NCBI RefSeq assembly: GCF_964194155.1 | Contig: NC_135905.1 | Span: 26,350,001-26,414,000 of the forward strand | DNA from: Cetorhinus maximus | Taxonomy: Eukaryota | DNA length: 64,000 nt | Direction of reading: 5' to 3' | Part shown: positions 59,703 to 64,000 of the stretch, piece after piece | Layout of the letters: every line of letters begins with the position of its first letter | How positions within the stretch are numbered: the first letter of the stretch is position 1 | Made by a program: the position numbers and the translations under genes | The notes under the pieces: model-generated | Told to the model about the DNA's origin: nothing | Database searches by the model: none | Seen by the model: only the letters and a program-made list of their open reading frames with translations

Positions 59703-61160
59703 AATTCGTTCATGGGATGCGGGTGTCAATGGTGAGGCCAGCATTTACTGCCCATCTCTAATTGACCTTGAGAAGGTGGTGGTGAGCCGCTGTCTTGAGC
59801 CGTTGTAGTCCATGTGGTGTAGGTACACCCACAGTGCTGTTAGGGAGGGAGTTCCAGGATTTTGACCCAGCAACAGTGAAGGAACAGCGACAAAGTTCCA
59901 AATCAGGATGGTGAGCGACTTGAAGGGGAACTTGCAGGTGGCGGTGTTCCCATGTGTCTGCTGCCCTCGTCCTTCTAGGTGGTAGAGGTCGCAAGTTTGG
60001 AAGTTACTGTGGAAGAAGCCCTGGTGAGTTGCTGCAGTGCATCTTGTAGATGGTACACACACTGCTGCTACTGTGCATCGGTGATGGAGAGAATGTTTAA
60101 GGTGGTGGATGGGGTGGCAATCAAGTGGGCTGCTTTGCCCTGGATGGTGTCGAGCTTCTTGAGTGTTGTTGGAGTTACACCCATTCAGGCACGTGGGGAG
60201 TATTCCATCACACTCCTGACTTGTGCCTTGTAGATGGTGGACAGGCTTTGGGGAGTCAGGAGCTGAGTTACTCGTCGCAGAATTCCCAGCCTCTGACCTG
60301 CTCTTGTAGCCACAGTATTTAACTGGCTAGTCCAGTTCAGTTTCTGGTTAATGGTAACCTCCAGGATGTTGATAGTTGGGGATTCAGAGATGGTAATGCC
60401 ACTGAATGTCATGGGTAGATGGTTAGATTCTCTCTTGTTGGAGATGGTCATTGCCTGGCACTTGAGTGGCACGAATGTTGCTTGCCACTTGTCAGCCCAA
60501 GCCTGAATGCTGTCCAGGTCTTGCTGCATATGGGCCCGGACTGCTTCAGTATCTGAAGAGTTGCAAACAGTGCTGAACATTGTGCAATCATCAGCAAACA
60601 TCCCCACTTCTGATATTATGATGGAGGGAAGGTTATTGATGAAGCAGTTGAAGAAGGATGGGTCTAGGACACTGCCCCTAGAAACTCCTGCAGTGATGTC
60701 CCAGGGCTGAGATGATTGACCTTCAACAGCCACAACCACCTTCCTTTGTGCTAGGTATGATTCCAGCCAGTGGAGCTTCTTGATTTCCATTGACTTCAGT
60801 CTGGCCAGGGTTCTTTGATGTCACACTCAGTCAAATGCTGCCTTGATGTCAAGGGCAGGTACTCTCACCTCACTTTTTGAGTTTAGCTCTTTTGTCCATG
60901 TTTGAACCAAAGCTGTAATGAGATCTGGAGCTGAGTCACCCTGGCGGCACTCAAACTGAGCATCAGTGAGCAAGTTATTGCTGAGTAAGTGCCGTTTGGG
61001 GGCACTGTCAACGGCACTTTCCATTACTTTGCTGATGATCAAGGGCAGGCTGATGGGGCGGTAATTGGACAGGTTGGATGTGTCCTGCTTTTTGTGGAAA
61101 GGATGATATACCTGGGCAAGTTTCCACATTGCTGGGTAGAATGCTAGTGTTGTAGCTGTT
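59703..61160 (-). mobile_element. HER1-type (CR1 group) LINE, RT domain and 3' end
   Basis: NYRPISL, ALDIKAAFD, WLESYLAQRK, GVSRGSVLDP, MFADDCT, IYKAQVRSVMEY; 3' tail shared with the HE1 SINEs. Confidence 0.92.
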
Positions 61161-61414
61161 CAGTTATCCAATGAGATCATGGTTAATCTGTAAACTAGCT
61201 CTATGTACCCACCTTTGTCCCATCTTCCTTAATCCCTTTGATTATTAGATTAATTTAAAACAAGGTACATTTTCCAACTGTCATTCTGTGAAACATTTAA
61301 CACACTCCAACTAAATTCCTCCACGTGTTCTCTTGCATCCATTAATTATTATTTCACATTGCATGTTTGTGTAGGAACAGCAGTAGTTGTCACATGTAGC
61401 CCAGTAACGACCAG

Positions 61415-61680
61415 CAACAACAGCGTGAATATATATGGCACCTTTGAAAACGCTAAAACATACAGGAATATTGTCAAACAAAATCCGAGACCAAGACACA
61501 CGAGGAGATATTCGGGTAGCTGAAGGCACGGCTGCCAAAGGTGGAATAATTAAAATCAAGGATGCTCAAGAGGTCAGAATTGGAAGAGCGCAGAGATCTT
61601 AGAAGGTTTTAGGGCTGGAAGAAATGACAGATATAGGAAGCTAAGAAGCCATGGAGCGATTTGAAGATGAGGATGAGAGC
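61415..61680 (-). mobile_element. L2-like LINE 3' end, degraded
   Basis: caacaacagc...atatatatggcacctttg...tcaaacaaaatc...ggatgagag, the reverse complement of the L2 tail. Confidence 0.55.
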
Positions 61681-62249
61681 TACCAGTCTTCCTTATAATT
61701 CAGGACCTTGCCTTTTCTCCGCTTAACAAACTCATTGTCTGGGGTAGAGTTTAGTACTTTTTAGTGTTTGTGCCCCCGATTCCGGCTTCCACCCCCGACC
61801 CCACCATCAGTTCCTGATGATTTAATGATCCAGACATAAGTAATTGTCAGATTCTTCTCTTCAGGTCTGCCGTACAGGAGCAAGGGAGAAAGATTGGAGT
61901 GCAATAAAGGAAAAAACATAGAAACTCCCATGACATTTTTACAGTTGCAAGGATGCCTATTTATGACCCAGTGAAGTACATGTTGATGATATTGGTTTTC
62001 CTAAACTTCAAAACATTGTTGGAAATATTTCTGATGGAGTTCTAGATGAGACAAATTCAATCCAATTTTGAACTGCCTGGCTAAACAATCAAGATCGTGA
62101 CTCTGGAATCAGCTTGTAATGTGGTGGTCCAAAGGGATTGTATTGTGAATGGAGTATACAATAGTCTGGTTCAATTCCACGGTTCCTCATAGACAAAATT
62201 ACCAATCTCAGCCATATCGCTTGTGCAAGTTTCCAGGCCGGAGTCATAG

Positions 62250-63090
62250 GAAAAATGAAGAATGGACCATCGCAGCCTGTTGACACACACAAGTCAAAGA
62301 GCAGCACAGACAGAGCTCCGTATGGAGGTCACCGAACCACCATTATAGGGACTAGTCATTGTCTATGGTGAACAGGTAGATAGGAAAGAGTTCAAATAAA
62401 TCCTTAAAATGACAACAAGGAAAGGCAGCATGCCTCAGGACACAATGTGGCTGAAATGATATCAAGTTATCAGAAATGAAGACGCAAAACCTTGGTTTAT
62501 CAGATATGAGGCTTTTTTTTTGAAAGAAAAAGGACTGTTCATAATGAACACAATTCAGGATCAACCATCACAGGCAAACACAGATTTCAGAATGCGAGGA
62601 TATGCCTTATAAATTAACCACTCGGTTGAAGTTAGTAGATTGAAATAAACCAGCAGGATGTCAACAAAGCCAACTTTCATAATGCATTTGATAAGATATT
62701 CCAGCAGAGAGACTGACCCATGGCATTAGAGAGAAGCAGCAAAGTGGGTCAGAAAATGCTGATTTTGAGCACTTGAACAAATTTTGTAGCAAAAGGCTAA
62801 TATTGAAAAAGAATTGAAATGATTCAGTGGGTAGCCTTGTGATTGGAGGCCAACACTCGCTGAAGATAATTACAATATAGGGAACTTGGGAAGCCGCAAT
62901 CTTATGATTCCAAGATGAATTACCATACACTGACAAGGTTGCAACATTTAATGAATTAGACATCAATAAATTTCTTGAGGCTAAGAATGATGAATCAAGG
63001 GATTTGCAGTGTATTGCTGGGAGCTTAGGTTGAACTTCAAGAATGTCCTGTTAAATCTGTACAATACACTGTAGGGATGACACTTGTTTA
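62250..63090 (+). mobile_element. Ancient, heavily eroded CR1/L3 ORF2 remnant
   Basis: Relics in CR1 order: KPWF (~62487), NFHNAFDKI (DFQKAFDKV-like, ~62672), HGIR..AAKWVRK (~62719), FKNVLLNLYNTL (~63036). Confidence 0.5.
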
Positions 63091-63469
63091 TATGATTGGT
63101 CACTGTACTACCAAAGAGACACTGATTCGCCAGTAAAGATGTTGAGGTTAGAGGGATATACTCCTGTGCTGCAGTTGTCATTCCCATTTCAGTAGGGTAA
63201 GAATTCTGAAAGGATGAGATGAAATGGGCTGTATGTCTGATCTGACCTGACCTGGTGATCGAGGGAGGGAGCAAGAGGTTTCTGTGGGGGAGTTAGTTGG
63301 ACTCATCCTCATCCAGACTCGTATCTCTTGAAATATGTGTTCGTGAAACCAGCAGACAATTTGTGTTTGTGAAACCAGCAGACACCAGCCTCATTCTTGT
63401 CCCTGATTTCAATTCTAGCCATAAGCCATTTAAAATAATAGCCTTGTGGAAATGGCAGACAAGAAGTTT

Positions 63470-63730
63470 GTATCACACAGCAGAGAAGGAGGCTTTTCAG
63501 CCCATCATGCCTGTACTGCCTCTTTGCAAGAACTATCCAGTTAGCCCCACGCTCTACTCTTTCCCCAGAGCTATCCAAATCTTTCCTTATATATATATAT
63601 ATATATATATATAATTCCCTTTTGAAATCTGCATAACCATTTATAAGGGCATTCCAGTTCACAACAATTCACTGCATAGAAAAATTTCTCCATATTTTCC
63701 TCTCTGTTCTTTTGCCAAATACCTTATGTG
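63470..63730 (-). mobile_element. CR1 3' tail containing a (TA)n microsatellite at ~63587-63613
   Basis: acacagcagagaaggaggcttttcagcccatcatgcctgtactg...cattccagttcacaacaattcactgcatagaaaaattt. Confidence 0.7.
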
Positions 63731-64000
63731 TGCCAGTATTGTTCCACTAATATCACCAACAGTAATTTTAAGCCTATAATTCTTGCACACATAAGATAAT
63801 TCATAGATAAAGCGCAGAAATCTAAGCAATAATTCAGGATTGTTAATGCAATCCTTCGGGCTATACATAGGTTGGCAAATGTGGAAGACTTTTTTCCTTT
63901 GTTTCATTTTTTTTTAACAACATATTTAACAATCAGAATTCTGTGCTCATTTATACTGTGACTTGGTGTAGAGTTAGCCATGAGCTGACAAGCAAAGTGG

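Overview
Repeat-dense, non-coding vertebrate DNA, almost certainly from an elasmobranch (shark or ray), judging by HE1-type tRNA SINEs, HER1/CR1 LINEs and Deu-domain SINEs. No host protein-coding gene is recognisable, so this is probably a large intron or intergenic region; one good 45-nt minus-strand exon candidate lies at 20031-20075. Main elements: (1) a decayed ~4.1 kb PIF/Harbinger transposon (10202-14262) with convergent DDE transposase and intron-containing Myb/SANT genes, plus many GGG..CCC-ended MITEs with 3-bp TSDs and shared internal hairpins; (2) a young Penelope-like retroelement (30679-32949; RT C-terminus plus GIY-YIG) with ~700-bp inverted arms and a 16-bp TSD, inserted at the apex of a palindrome; (3) many short Penelope 3' ends carrying minimal hammerhead-ribozyme motifs, including a textbook copy at 39542-39580 and an A6C core variant in the young element; (4) CR1, L2 and Rex1-like LINE fragments, LTR remnants and a 26-bp minisatellite with a 364-bp internal block duplication. 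The most interesting signal is the dispersed hammerhead/Penelope system and its palindromic mini-derivatives. These belong to known classes; the specific configurations are worth testing. Family names come from motif recognition, not database searches, and boundaries of old repeats are approximate.
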